Assembly: GCA_044892505.1 (NCBI GenBank)
Contig: CM097882.1
Coordinates: 237,584,001 to 237,648,000 of the forward strand
From: Schmidtea nova
Lineage: Eukaryota
Direction of reading: 5' to 3'
Length of the DNA stretch: 64,000 bases
Part shown: positions 51,309-63,995 of the stretch, piece after piece
How positions within the stretch are numbered: position 1 is the stretch's first letter
Layout: every line of letters begins with the position of its first letter
Notes under the pieces: generated by a model
Seen by the model: only the letters and a program-made list of their open reading frames with translations
Databases searched by the model: none
Told to the model about the DNA's origin: nothing
Made by a program: the position numbers and the translations under genes

Positions 51309-52448
51309 AAAAAGTTAAACTCTTTATTTAATTATATTTTATAATTTGTGTTTAATTTGAATTTAGCATAGTAATTATTGATACCTGATGATATAGTTCG
51401 CATGTTGTATAAAGGACGTTTTACATTATTAAAATGGTTACCATATTTGTTTAAGTATTAATAAAAGAATTGCTTTTTATATTATTTTAATTTTCAAGTT
51501 TTCAACTCTGCAGTATTATGAAACAAACTATCGACTATTGTATTAAAAGTAAATATTTCTTCCAAGTTGTATTGTTGTACAAAATCGTATATTGTACAAT
51601 GTATTATATGCTAGATGCCGTTATTTGATTAATAAAGAACACAATAGTCAGATGTTCAATCTTTTGAACAAATAATCTTCTAATTTCAATGAAACTTTCC
51701 ATTTATAGTGATGAATAATAATTAAATATTTAGAAAAACTCTAATAAATACTTAAAGAGTTTTTTTAAAAAAAATTTCAAAAATTAAAAATTAACAAATA
51801 TAAATAAAGATTAAATAATTTAAATAATTTAAAGATTAAAAATAATTTTTAAAATCAAAATTTTAAGTTTTGAATTTTGTCTCTGATGTTATTTAGAGGA
51901 CCAGAAGCACTCTTTGGATTTATGAAGTATATTTCAAATTATCATTAAATAGACTCAAGACTTGTATAAAAGGCTTAACTTAACATCCAATAATCATTTG
52001 ACAATTAATAATAATTTTATAAATGAAATCATGTTTATTTTTCACCATTGATCTTTTTTCGAAAATTTCAGTGCCAAAAAATCATGTATATTATGTGACT
52101 TGAATTAAAAAATGATTAATGAAAAGAATTTATAGTTTCTTATTAAATTTCCATTAAATTATGTCGGTTAGATAACAGTAAAATTAAAAACAAAATAAGG
52201 AATATTTAATAAGAATTTGAAACAGAAATGACAGATTACACGAAGATTCAAATGAAACAAAATTTCAACAGATTTTCCAAAATAAACTATTAATTATTTA
52301 AGAAAATCTCAATCATTAATAAAAGTTTTATTAATATATTTTCGCTAATTAATTAGAAAAATATTTTCTTAAAAAAGTTTTAAGTAATTGATAAATTGAT
52401 AAAAATATTATTATCACTTTATTGACCGATGATACAATATATGTGTCA

Positions 52449-52491
52449 TGTCAACCTTGTCAACCTTGTCAACCTTGTCAACCTTGTCAAC
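52449..52491. repeat. 9-bp tandem repeat (TGTCAACCT) x4.8
   Basis: Directly visible; explains the CQPCQP peptide in the ORF track. Confidence 0.9.
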
Positions 52492-52710
52492 AGTTACTTG
52501 TCAAAATTAACACATGTGTATATATTCTACCGCCATTGGTACTGTGCGGGGACATGACAAGAGTATCAAGTTTTCGTCATTTATTACTGGACGATTACAT
52601 AACCTATGAAGACTTCTGAGAATGAATCGAAGATCAAATAAGTAAGACACATGTGAAATTACGAAGCACGTATAGTGTTAAATTATAAATGTGACAATGT
52701 AAAAACATAA

Positions 52711-52936
52711 CAATAGTTTTCATAACTGTATGACTATAGATCAAACTTTCTTTTGGGGGCTTTTTGATGTTTGGTACACGTTATTTTGGCCCAGCCTTTA
52801 TCAAGTGTGTGATAAAGGCTGTGCCGAAATATCGAGTATTTATCAACTAAAATATCCAGAAAAAATATTTTGATATATAGTCATAAAATTATGAATAAAA
52901 AAGGTAAATAAGGTGAAACCAAAAGATAATTATGAT
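52711..52936. mobile_element. Palindromic foldback/MITE family, copy F
   Basis: gactatagatcaaa, cagcctttatcaagtgtgtgataaaggctgtgccgaaatat and the end aaaagataattatgat. Confidence 0.85.
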
Positions 52937-53326
52937 AGTAAAAACATAAAATAAACTTCATACAGTATAAGTGCGTTACAATGACTTAAGGACTTGGTAG
53001 AAAAGTCCTTGTTGAGCCTCTCATATACTTTGGGTAAAATGAATTTTTACTTTATAAACTAATATGATTGTAGTGCTTTCATAATATATATTTAATTAAA
53101 TTTTATTATTTACAAAAAAAAAGATTGTTTTAAAAAGCAGAAAAGAAAAACGATATTCAAAAAGATACAGCACTAGATACGCAGATTCAAAAAATAAATC
53201 ACCAGATAATCAGATTAAAAACAATATAAATAAATGTGTCATCATAACAATTTTACTTTTGCTTTAGTTTTTTAGGCAACGAAAGTTGTAACCACTATAA
53301 ATGGTTTCAGAACTGACAACTTTTAG

Positions 53327-53608
53327 CAGCAAAATATGCCACAGTACCATTCGTCATATCCCGTTTACCGTCACGCGTTTAACATCCATAATCAACAGCA
53401 GCAATCACAGCAAGAGCCACATAAACAACATCATAATAACAATCCAATGATTCAGTCACATCAAAATTCTATACACCCTCTATCAATGATTAATCAGCAG
53501 CCCAACAATTTTATTACAAATCATATTCAACCGAATCAAATTTCTCAGCCTCAGCATCAGTTTCCTGGTTCCCATGAGATTGTGTTTTCGCAATATCAAT
53601 CATATTAA
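53327..53608 (+). CDS. Candidate terminal exon or short ORF encoding a Gln/His/Asn/Pro-rich low-complexity peptide
   Basis: acttttag|CAG CAA AAT ATG is in frame with the 90-aa ORF, whose composition is distinct from the AT-rich flanks; no family recognised. Confidence 0.5.
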   Translation, partial: QQNMPQYHSSYPVYRHAFNIHNQQQQSQQEPHKQHHNNNPMIQSHQNSIHPLSMINQQPNNFITNHIQPNQISQPQHQFPGSHEIVFSQYQSY

Positions 53609-54330
53609 TTAAATATTATTATTTACAAAATAAAGATTGTTTTAAAAAGCATAAAAGAAAAAGGAGATTCGAAAAGATAAAGCACCAGATAAGCAGATTA
53701 AAAACAATATAAATAAATGTGTCATCATAACAATTTTACTTTTCCTTTAGTTTTATGGACAACGAAAGTTGCAACCACTATAATGATTATTATTAATATC
53801 TTTTTTACTTTTCTACGAATTTATCAATCTTTATTCTTTCAGATAGAAAATAACTCGTGAATATATTGTCTGAATGGACGAAAATAAACCAAATCGTAAA
53901 TATTATTTTATTAAGATTTCACCATAGAGTTTAATGTAAATTGTAAATGGTTCAAAATTTAAGCACTACTGGAAAACCGTTAAATGGTTATTTGTGTTTT
54001 AATTATTTCAAAGACTTGTTATAATATTCAAAATTATAGTGAAAATTAAAATTGTCTTTTTTCTCACAGAAATCAAACAGAAACAAATGAATATATTATA
54101 TTTCATTCTATAAAGTTAATAGTACTATAAAAGATCAGAGTCATTTATTATAAATGAAAAATAAAAAAATCTGAAGGCGTTATAATTTTATTTGACAATG
54201 TATTTTTTGTATTATCCTTTCTCCAATAAACATTTTATTATGTTTAATTATTTTTTTTTAAGTTTTCAAATTAGACATTTTACGCATTTTATTTTTCTTG
54301 TGTTTTATCGTAAGCTATTTTAGCTTCTAA

Positions 54331-54685
54331 GGGGCCGTTCATAAATTATGTACGCACTTAGGGGGTAGGGGGGTTTTTAAAAACAGCAATGAGGCTTAAC
54401 AATTAGACATTTAATTGATATGTAATAACAATCATTTTTAAAAATGTCAATACTAATCGTAACAAATAAACAGTCTCTTATGCATATCAAAACGAAATAA
54501 GATAGTGGGATTGTCATTTATGTGTTATTTAAGTAAATTGGTGACCAACTTGAAAGGAGTATTGTAGTTTTGGTACTACCAAATTACCGGGGGGTAGGGG
54601 GGCCGAAAAAGTACACACTGCAACATGGGGAGGGAGGGGGGTAGCATTTACGATTTTTTGGCGTACGTACTTTATGGACGATCCC
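54331..54685. mobile_element. PIF/Harbinger (Tourist-like) MITE
   Basis: TAA|GGGGCCGTTCATAAATTATGTACGC ... GCGTACGTACTTTATGGACGATCCC|TAA: imperfect TIRs, a 3-bp TAA TSD and G-rich subterminal tracts. Confidence 0.85.
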
Positions 54686-57653
54686 TAATATCACAGTGGC
54701 CATTCATATCGTTTAATTCAATGCTGCACCATTGCACAGTATCTATAAAGATAATTTAAATATATAAAAAACTAAGATTTATTTTAATTTTTTTATTTAT
54801 CGGTTCATTAAGAATTTCAAAGAATTCTTAAATAATTTCTTCATTTTTTTCTCGAAAAATGCAATGATTTTCATGCATATTATTATAATTATTTGTATTA
54901 CAATTATTTTATTTTAAATTAAAAAAAGGTTATTTAATTTTTCCAAAAAAATTAAAATGAGATAAGAAAACTTAATGTTATTTGTTTAACTTAATAGTAA
55001 AAAAATAACAACAGATACGACACAAACCATTTAGACAATTTAAAAAAAAACATCATAATGCATTTAAACAATATTTTGAAAGTCTTTTATAATAAATGGA
55101 GCAATTACTTAATATTTTTCCACGCTTTCTTTTGCTCAATGTAATTAATTCACAATTTCAATGTTTATTCTGTAAACATCGTTGCCCGTATCATTATCAT
55201 AATTGACATAGAGTTGATTTAATCACTCATTTAATTATCGCCACTCCCAAAGGGATTCATATACTTTTGACATAGATATTTGAGGCTGTTTTCAATTGTC
55301 AGTCATGATGCTGTGGGTTTTGGGTTGAGATGAAATTCGGGAACAATTCTCATTAGGAAAGAATATACGAAAGAAATAGTAAATTGTTATTTTTAATGAG
55401 TGTGTCACGGATTATGTCAAACATAGGAGTCAAGCTTTGATTGAGCAATGCGAAAATATTTGAGAATTGTGATTCGTTTGTTTTACCAAGGAGGGAGGGG
55501 ACCGATAATACATATCGCATTTAATCTCCTTCCACAATTTATGATGAAATTTAGTGACTGATTTAAAATAAAAGGAAGTTTGATACTTGTAATTAAATAT
55601 TCTATGCATCTATAATTGCTCATAATTAGATCACTCAAATTATAAATGTTGACATAAAAATCAAAGAAAAATAGGTATTTAAGTAGATTAAACTTCGGGT
55701 ACCGAAACCTGGAAAATAGAATCGAAATGTACCCCAAATTAAAATTGAACTAAAAGTCAATATAATACTAAAATTAATTTAGATATATTTATTTTGGAGC
55801 ATAATCTATGTGTTTAAAATGCATTTATCGCCATCGCTTTCCCCGACAACGCAGTGCATCGAGAGGAAGCCAGTAGCAAACTAGCGTGACTTTGTTTATC
55901 TCTAAAATTAAATGTATTTTATTACATATTGCTGATCTGTTGTACTTGATTATATCAGATAAAATTATCGATATAATTATTATTTTTTAACATAATTTAC
56001 TCTCTCTTTTCGCATTTCATTCATTGGGATATATTTATAGATAACAATAAATATCAAATGGGGATCACTACTATTTAACAAATGGTTTAAATAACAAGAA
56101 TTTTGGGGTACAAATTTACCCCGCATAGTGTCGTGAAGGTTAAGTCATTCATATAACAATTGATTAAGAAACAAGCTTAAAGATTTTAAAACATTGAAAA
56201 CACATTTGGTCTGTGAATTTAATTTCAATTCACTAGTATGAATATATTATTATAATCTTTAATCTTCGTCAACTATGATTCTTTTTTTACTCTTTATATG
56301 ACTACACTAACCTCTTATGTCACCGAATCAAGCTTTAAATATAAGTTATGAAGCCCTAATATCCTATTTACATAGGATATGTCTAAATATAATGACGGAA
56401 TGTTTTGTTGCTCCTATTTATCACTCGTTTGTAAATATAATGCCACTCGTATATTATATGGGTCGGTATACTAATCGGCATTTTACCGTATAGTGTTTTA
56501 ATCTTCTAAGTTATTAAGATGTAAAATATATTTATATTTTTAATAAATCTGTACGACAAGTGCAACTAATTGCAGCCTGATGGTAAAGGGATTAAACTCT
56601 AGGAACTAACTGTCAAATTATAATTATCTGTTCAATTCACGTTAGGATTGCGTTTTATTTCAAAAGGTACTAATAAAAGCCAAATAAACTTGAAACTAGT
56701 TTGCATTAGAAATTGAATATAAAAGGATAAAGTGAAAATAAAACTACATTGCAGAAATTTCCTCAGAGAAAAACAAACGAGCAAACATTAACTGTAGAAT
56801 ATGAATGTTTAATCCGATTCGAAGATTTTTAATCTATGGAAGCTCTACTCAATTGCGTTTGTTATCCAATTTCATTTAATGTTTTACCATTTAAATAAAA
56901 TTTAAATAAATTGATCTTGAAGCAGACCATAATTCGGCAAAGAATTTACAGAATATATTCGACTAAATTTTAAGCATTAAATATAGAGAAATTTGATAAA
57001 TTGAAATGTTTGCTAGACAAATGTACTAATATTAATGAACATTTATTTCATTTATGAGTATTAACAAACAAATAAAAATGTATTTTCTAATTTATTTAAA
57101 TTTCCATTCGGTTGAAATTTATTAAATTTCATATAAATTTAAATTTTCTATTTCGAAAAGAAAATATCCTTTTAATGATGAATGATTCTACAAAAGAAAA
57201 TGCATGTAATTTGTTTTAAACTTTCAAAGATAGTTGTGATTACATTTATTATTCTACGATNNNNNNNNNNNNNNNNNNNNNNNNNNNNNNNNNNNNNNNN
57301 NNNNNNNNNNNNNNNNNNNNNNNNNNNNNNNNNNNNNNNNNNNNNNNNNNNNNNNNNNNNNNNNNNNNNNNNNNNNNNNNNNNNNNNNNNNNNNNNNNNN
57401 NNNNNNNNNTATATTTCTTTAAAGACTATAAATCAAATTTTTAAATGGTAATAAGCCTTTTTTCAAATGTGTATAAGACTAGGAAGTTTAGTACAAAATA
57501 ATTTTAACTATAATTTGTTTTATAAAAATATAACATGACTTCTTTTTGGAAACAAAATTTTGAAGTATCTTTCTCTTTTTAAAACAAAAATTATAAATTG
57601 TTATAATTTTTAAAAATATATATAAATGCATTTTAAAGGGCTCGTATTTTTCT

Positions 57654-58160
57654 GGTCAGAATTTTAATATGGTTATGGTCAGAATTTATATTACATTGGT
57701 CAGAATTTATATTAAATGGTCATAATACATCGGTCAGAATACTAGTGGTCAGAATAAATATGGTTATGGTCATAATTAATATTAAATGGTCAGAATTTAT
57801 ATTAAATGGTCAGAATTTATATTAATCGGTAAAATTCGGTTGGCCATGGTATTAATAAAATTCTGACCAAGATTTGATTTTTATTCTGACCATTTAATTA
57901 TAAGTGGTTATATAATTATTAATAATGTGTTTTCATTTATTTTTTTAATTCTACTTAATTTCATTAAACAATTGTTCAAAAGGCAAAAATGCTTGTATGA
58001 GTACCACAATCGAATTTTTATTCTGACCGTTTAATATTTTTATTCTGACCTTTTATTATTTTTATCTGACCATTTAATATTTATTCTGACCATGGTATTA
58101 ATAAAATTCTGACCAAGTCTTGATTTTTATTCTGACCAAAACTTGATTTAAATTCTGACC
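57654..58160. mobile_element. Modular foldback element: GGTCAGAAT subrepeats facing ATTCTGACC subrepeats
   Basis: 7 exact GGTCAGAAT (plus 2 GGTCATAAT) in 57654-57816, and 8 exact ATTCTGACC (plus 1 variant) in 57860-58160. Confidence 0.7.
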
Positions 58161-59699
58161 ATTTAATTATACGTTTTAAAGTGGCCAGCTTAGACGTTGT
58201 TTTGCTCTAGAAATGGTTTCTAAATTTTAACTTTGAAAACAAGTTAAGTTAAGCATCGAATAATTTATGTAAGACATTGTATATTTTATTTAATCATAAA
58301 ATTATTGGGTAACTAATGATTTTAAAATAAATAAATTTAATTTCGTTGTTTTAATATAAAAAACTTCAAGATAAATATATGATAAAATCAATTTGTTGTT
58401 GAATTATTTTTTTCAGATGAAAAATCTCATTTCTTCAATTATAAGTCACTTAATTTAAAATTTTCTTCAAATTTTTTTAAATCTATTGAAAATCATTTAA
58501 CCATTGTGAAATATTTCATGAATTAGATTTACTGAGATTTTAAATTCAGAATATTTATAATCAAATATCCTGAATAAATTGATCAATTTTAACAATTATC
58601 TAAATTTAATAGAAAAATTTCATCAAAATATTTAAAAATTTACGTTTTTCAAATCATTATTTGATTAAAGCGTTCAAATTTTATTTTATTAGCAATAAAC
58701 TGAATTTTAATTGGTCAATTTATGAATATCTGGAACGGAGAATGTTCAATTAGAATATTGTGGAAATAACTAGAATTAATGACTAGGAATATTCCTAGAG
58801 GTCAACTCTGAATGAGACTTTTACGCAACGCGTTTAAATTGTCATTAATATCTGGGAAATAATCACTTAAAATTGGAATAAGAAAAAAAATCAGAAAGAC
58901 TTTTTAAAAGCAATCATTTTAAACAATCATTTTAAAGAACAGAATAAAATAATTCTCATTTTCAAACATACATCGTGCATTTTATAATCCGGAAATATAT
59001 TCAACTGAAATTATATATATATAAATTAAATATAAAAAATTATATATAAATTTCAATAAATAAACTTTTAATTATTTATGAAGCAAGATTTATTGATTGT
59101 ACTAAATGTTCTATAAGAGGAACATCTGTTTAGTTTTAATGTATAGATATTACTTCGATGAAACGTTTCATAAAAACAGTTTATAATACCGAATCATATA
59201 TGACATTTATTTCGAAAAAGTCAGAATAGATTAATATTTCTACCTTGAGAACCATTAATACCAATTTTTCATTTTCATGTAATCGAATTTGAACATAATT
59301 ATGTAATAAAACTTAACGTTATTCCATATTCATATCTATGTCAATTAGTACAAATGTCTGTCATTATTAATTCGTTGCATGACTATAATGCACAAATCAA
59401 AATTATAAATCATTTTACAATAGAAATTTAAAGTTAGTTTTTATTAATTCACTNNNNNNNNNNNNNNNNNNNNNNNNNNNNNNNNNNNNNNNNNNNNNNN
59501 NNNNNNNNNNNNNNNNNNNNNNNNNNNNNNNNNNNNNNNNNNNNNNNNNNNNNNNNNNNNNNNNNNNNNNNNNNNNNNNNNNNNNNNNNNNNNNNNNNNN
59601 NNNNNNNNNNNNNNNNNNNNNNNNNNNNNNNNNNNNNNNNNAAATAATATTAACAAAAATAAAAAAGATAATGAAAATAACAATAATAATATTATTATT

Positions 59700-59742
<43 letters not shown>

Positions 59743-59743
59743 T

Positions 59744-59945
59744 ATCAATAATTTCCATAATTCCAAAAATCTTTTTAAAAATTTACACAATATTTCGGCA
59801 CAGCCTTTATCAATTGTGTATTTCCAAATATTCTCACTTGAAAAAGGTTGTTCCGAAATAATGTGAAATTTTTTAAAATGATTTTTGATCTTTAGTCGTA
59901 ACATTATGGAAATTATTGATTTAATAAAAAGAGATTAAATCAAAA
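59744..59945. mobile_element. Palindromic foldback/MITE family, copy G (diverged), next to (AAT)n
   Basis: cacaatatttcggcacagcctttatcaa / ttgaaaaaggttgttccgaaataatgtg; tttgatctttagtc. Confidence 0.75.
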
Positions 59946-59999
59946 ACTGATTATACAGTGCTTATTACAACACGATGGTTAAGAATAACACTCACTTAT

Positions 60000-60800
60000 A
60001 ATCTTGGTTCAAATAATCACTAACCACTGAGGGGTATAACAATTGGTAATTTAACTGGTTGCTTTCTTGGTTTGACTTGTATATACGCCGAACTTTACTC
60101 GGTTATTAGCTGAATAGGATCCTGCTGTTTATCCCTTTGTTTCTGATTCTCCTTTGAACTCTTCTTAAGATTTTCTCTTAAGTTTTCTGCTGCGAATTAT
60201 TTTCCCGATTCTCTTCAATTTCTCCAAATAAATATCTTCGTATTGTCCTCTGTTTTCCTGACTTTGATCCTCTGTTCCAAGTATTTTCCACAATATTCTG
60301 TCTAACAATGTTATCCTCTCCAAAGTTCTCTAACAATATTCTGACTGCTTCTGCTGTGTTTCCTCATTTTATATCTCGTCACTTTGTGCCACTTAAGTTT
60401 ATCTCTCATTTGCCATTTTTCTCCACATAATTCCTTGACTTTTTCTGCAACGGAGTTCTCTTCGACAGCTATCAAGATATTCTATAAATTTCCTTTTTGC
60501 CATTCCGGCCTGTTTTCTTTTCGTTTTCGTTTTCTCTGACAAGCTGTTGAGATAATCACATTGTTGTTGTTTCTGTTTTCCCGATTTTGAAATTCCTTTT
60601 CCTTTTGTACTAATTAATTAGTGCTGACTTTTGTTTTTGTTTTCTTGCCAGATTTTTTTTGTCTCACTCCTCTTTCTTATTTCTCATTTCTTTTGATTTC
60701 CGTTTTCTTTTTCGTGTTCTCATTGAATGTGAATAATATCCCCTTTCGTCATGACGATTTTCTTCCAGGTAATTTTATTTGTTTATTCATAGATTTGTTA
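60000..60800 (-). mobile_element. Possible degraded retroelement gag/ORF1-like segment
   Basis: Strongly purine-rich minus strand with a charged, stop-interrupted peptide (EAVRILLENFGEDNIVRQNIV), loosely like gag; not diagnostic. Confidence 0.3.
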
Positions 60801-61328
60801 TTTAGGTATGCTCAACATTATTATTATAATTATAATTATTACTTAGTATTACTTATTATTCTTATTCTTCTAATNNNNNNNNNNNNNNNNNNNNNNNNNN
60901 NNNNNNNNNNNNNNNNNNNNNNNNNNNNNNNNNNNNNNNNNNNNNNNNNNNNNNNNNNNNNNNNNNNNNNNNNNNNNNNNNNNNNNNNNNNNNNNNNNNN
61001 NNNNNNNNNNNNNNNNNNNNNNNNNNNNNNNNNNNNNNNNNNNNNNNNNNNNNNNNNNNNNNNNNNNNNNNNNNNNNNNNNNNNNNNNNNNNNNNNNNNN
61101 NNNNNNNNNNNNNNNNNNNNNNNNNNNNNNNNNNNNNNNNNNNNNNNNNNNNNNNNNNNNNNNNNNNNNNNNNNNNNNNNNNNNNNNNNNNNNNNNNNNN
61201 NNNNNNNNNNNNNNNNNNNNNNNNNNNNNNNNNNNNNNNNNNNNNNNNNNNNNNNNNNNNNNNNNNNNNNNNNNNNNNNNNNNNNNNNNNNNNNNNNNNN
61301 NNNNNNNNNNNNNNNNNNNNNNNNNNNN

Positions 61329-61451
61329 GAGTGCTTCAAAGGTAAGGTCACTCTTCCTCAGGATAATTATTATTTTGGTTTATCTGCTGCAACTGGAACA
61401 TTCGCTGATGATCATGATGTTAAAAAGTCACTAATAATAAAATTTTTAAAA
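61329..61451 (+). CDS. LMAN1: Exon of an L-type (legume-like) lectin, ERGIC-53/LMAN1 or VIP36-like; the 5' end is hidden in an N gap
   Basis: ECFKGKVTLPQDNYYFGLSAATGTFADDHDV matches LMAN1 GHFGISAATGGLADDHDV and VIP36 LPTGYYFGASAGTGDLSDNHD. The AAA|gtaatt donor at 61452 is tentative. Confidence 0.72.
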
Positions 61452-61720
61452 GTAATTATGCAATTTGTAATTTGTAGAATAAGTCAGTGACTTTTAAACA
61501 CTAAATCATTTCGATATGGAATATAACCTCTAAAAGCATAAATATAAAATGTGACCAAATTTATTTTAATGTCCATTTAATGAACCGAAATTAAGAAAAT
61601 TTTCGTCATTATCAAATTACTTCTAATAAAGTCGTTTCTCATAAACCATAACTGAAGGCGACATAATTTCAATTTCGCATAAAGTCTTTATTGGAATTCC
61701 CGCTCCATATCCGGATTCAG

Positions 61721-61765
<45 letters not shown>

Positions 61766-62039
61766 CCGATTCTATCACGGCTCTATGAAAAAGTTGCTTT
61801 GTAATTGGATTTTATGCAAATTAATATGCTTAAACTTGGTCCATGAATTAATGAACATAAATTTCTCATTCCTCACCATGAAATCAACTAGTAAATATTA
61901 CATTGAAATCGATGGTAGGATTCCTTTTCTGAAAAGTAAATTAAATAATCTCGTTTTCTATTGATCAGTAAAACATGTGTTTTGTGTCCCACCTAAAATA
62001 AAAAAAAATTTAAGAATATCTCCAAGCGATGGATGAGCA

Positions 62040-62575
62040 CTGAATTAATGAAACGAAAAATCAAAAATGGACTCAATGAAGGATTATTCGGTATTCGATT
62101 ACAATGAGACGTTTTCCATTGAACAGATACTGATTTCCAATTTAGTCTCCTTGCGCATATCCACCAAACGAAGGGGAAAAAACTTCAATCCTGATTTAAA
62201 CCGGATATAATTTATTCCCTCTGATTTGCGGTAGCAGAGATGTCCGGATAAATGTGATTAAACCGCTCATTTCTAACCGTAGGCTGTTCGCCGTTAAATT
62301 CAAATCAGTCAGCAAGAAATTAGCGATTTTATCTACGCGACTTTCCATACAGTTCCTAACAATCAAAATAGCGCTTATCAGTCCCGATGAAGTGACAGTT
62401 TTTGTTGATATGATGAGATCGACTCAACTGTGCATCAATTGAGAGCTGGATCACTGATTAGGATTTCGGCATAGTTATAATATGACTTAAATGTGGAAAT
62501 TTTGAGTTACCAGTTGTCTACTCGGCCTGATTTGAGAAAATGCGATTATTTCCAGCAAGCAAAATTTTCAGATTT
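62040..62575 (+). mobile_element. Possible second mariner remnant
   Basis: NVEILSYQLSTRPDLRKCDYF near 62500-62560 resembles WEVL.HPPYSPDLAPSDY; the rest is very degraded. Confidence 0.35.
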
Positions 62576-63289
62576 AGTCTAGCTCTCTTTTTTTCTTAAT
62601 ACAAAAGAATATATTTTATTTAATTAAACAGTGTGAAGTTTTATTTTTTTCCCTTCATTTCGAAACTCAAGTCGAATTATTGTCATCAAACATTTCAATG
62701 GATATGTCAAATTCATTTTCTAAATGAATTATTTAATAAATGGATTTAAAACCTCACAATTTNNNNNNNNNNNNNNNNNNNNNNNNNNNNNNNNNNNNNN
62801 NNNNNNNNNNNNNNNNNNNNNNNNNNNNNNNNNNNNNNNNNNNNNNNNNNNNNNNNNNNNNNNNNNNNNNNNNNNNNNNNNNNNNNNNNNNNNNNNNNNN
62901 NNNNNNNNNNNNNNNNNNNNNNNNNNNNNNNNNNNNNNNNNNNNNNNNTTAATGATGATATTCTAATTTGCATTAAAAAAAGTTTGTTTAATTTCATTAC
63001 TTTTATTATTAAATATAACAACCAATTTTAGTTAGAATTAAATTTGAAAATAAATTTAGTAAAATATTATTTTGAGTTATTAATTTGATAAAAAAATGTT
63101 ATTGTAATTTTCCATTAAAGGCTGAAGATATAAAGTTTATTATGTAGAACCGAATAATTTGAAATATGCCTTTTCCCGAAATTCTGACTATCTAAAAATA
63201 TTAATTTTTCATAATTACATCTCCGCCTGATAATCTTGAATGTTATTCTTAAACCATACCTCCTCAAATTGTAAGTCTCTGGACAAAAG

Positions 63290-63995
63290 CTTCTAAGTTC
63301 TTAAAGATGAAAAGACACTTTGGTTTTTACTTTCACTAGTTGAACATTTATCTCCTCTGTCTTCGAAAATATTTCCTGATGCCAATCTGATGTGTGACAC
63401 ATGTCGAATTATTCCATCCACTGCGATTGATGTTTCAGAATTTACGCTGGTAACATGTCCAAGTTTTCATGTTGTAAGACATCGAGCTCCTCTGGGTTTT
63501 ACATAAACTCAATCTAAAATTTGGATATTAGTTCGTATGCAGAGAGGTTGAATTAGAAATTCAAATGTATATCGTCAAACATATTTTGATCTCAAATTTG
63601 CAATAACAGAGTTTATATTAGTACGATTTATCGGTTGCGGTATAAGACTATGCTTCCTTTACGTCAAAACTCTCGTTCCATTGTCCTTTTAAAACTGTTC
63701 GTTGAAATCTCTCCACGATACCATTTCCCGAGAGTTTGTAGGTGTTTCAGTAAATCATCTTTATCAAAACAATTCGCTAAGCCTTCTGATTTTGCTTAAA
63801 TGGAAAGTTTTACTATTGTCTAAAAGTATTTCGCACGGTACGCCATGTTAGACAACTATCGATCAAAGCTGATCTCAATCATCTATTTCAAACTCCAATT
63901 TCAGCCACTGTCAATTTGAAAATATACTTGGCCCACAATCAACTATGCTCAAGAATAATGAGCTGTCATAATATTTTGTATCCACTGCTAGTCTC
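63290..63995 (-). mobile_element. Degraded Ty3/gypsy integrase (Mag-like)
   Basis: Minus strand: VDTKYYDSSLFLSIVDCGPS, GVPCEILLDNSKTF, GNGIVERFQRTV, KLGHVTSVNSETSIAVDGIIRHVSHIR. Confidence 0.8.

Noticed and set aside
55690-56142. piggyBac-like MITE (right end ...GAAGG|TTAA, subterminal gtacccc inverted pair)
   Set aside because: No matching left TTAA end could be found.
56570-56645. tRNA gene or SINE (A-box- and B-box-like words)
   Set aside because: No cloverleaf can be folded; at most a decayed SINE.
61342-61361. 20-nt GT-AG micro-intron inside the lectin exon
   Set aside because: Removing it creates an immediate stop, while the unspliced frame keeps lectin homology.
3260-63021. Many ORF-track entries made of X runs or IYIY/LLLL/YYYY
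   Set aside because: Artefacts of N gaps and of (TA)n and (AAT)n microsatellites.
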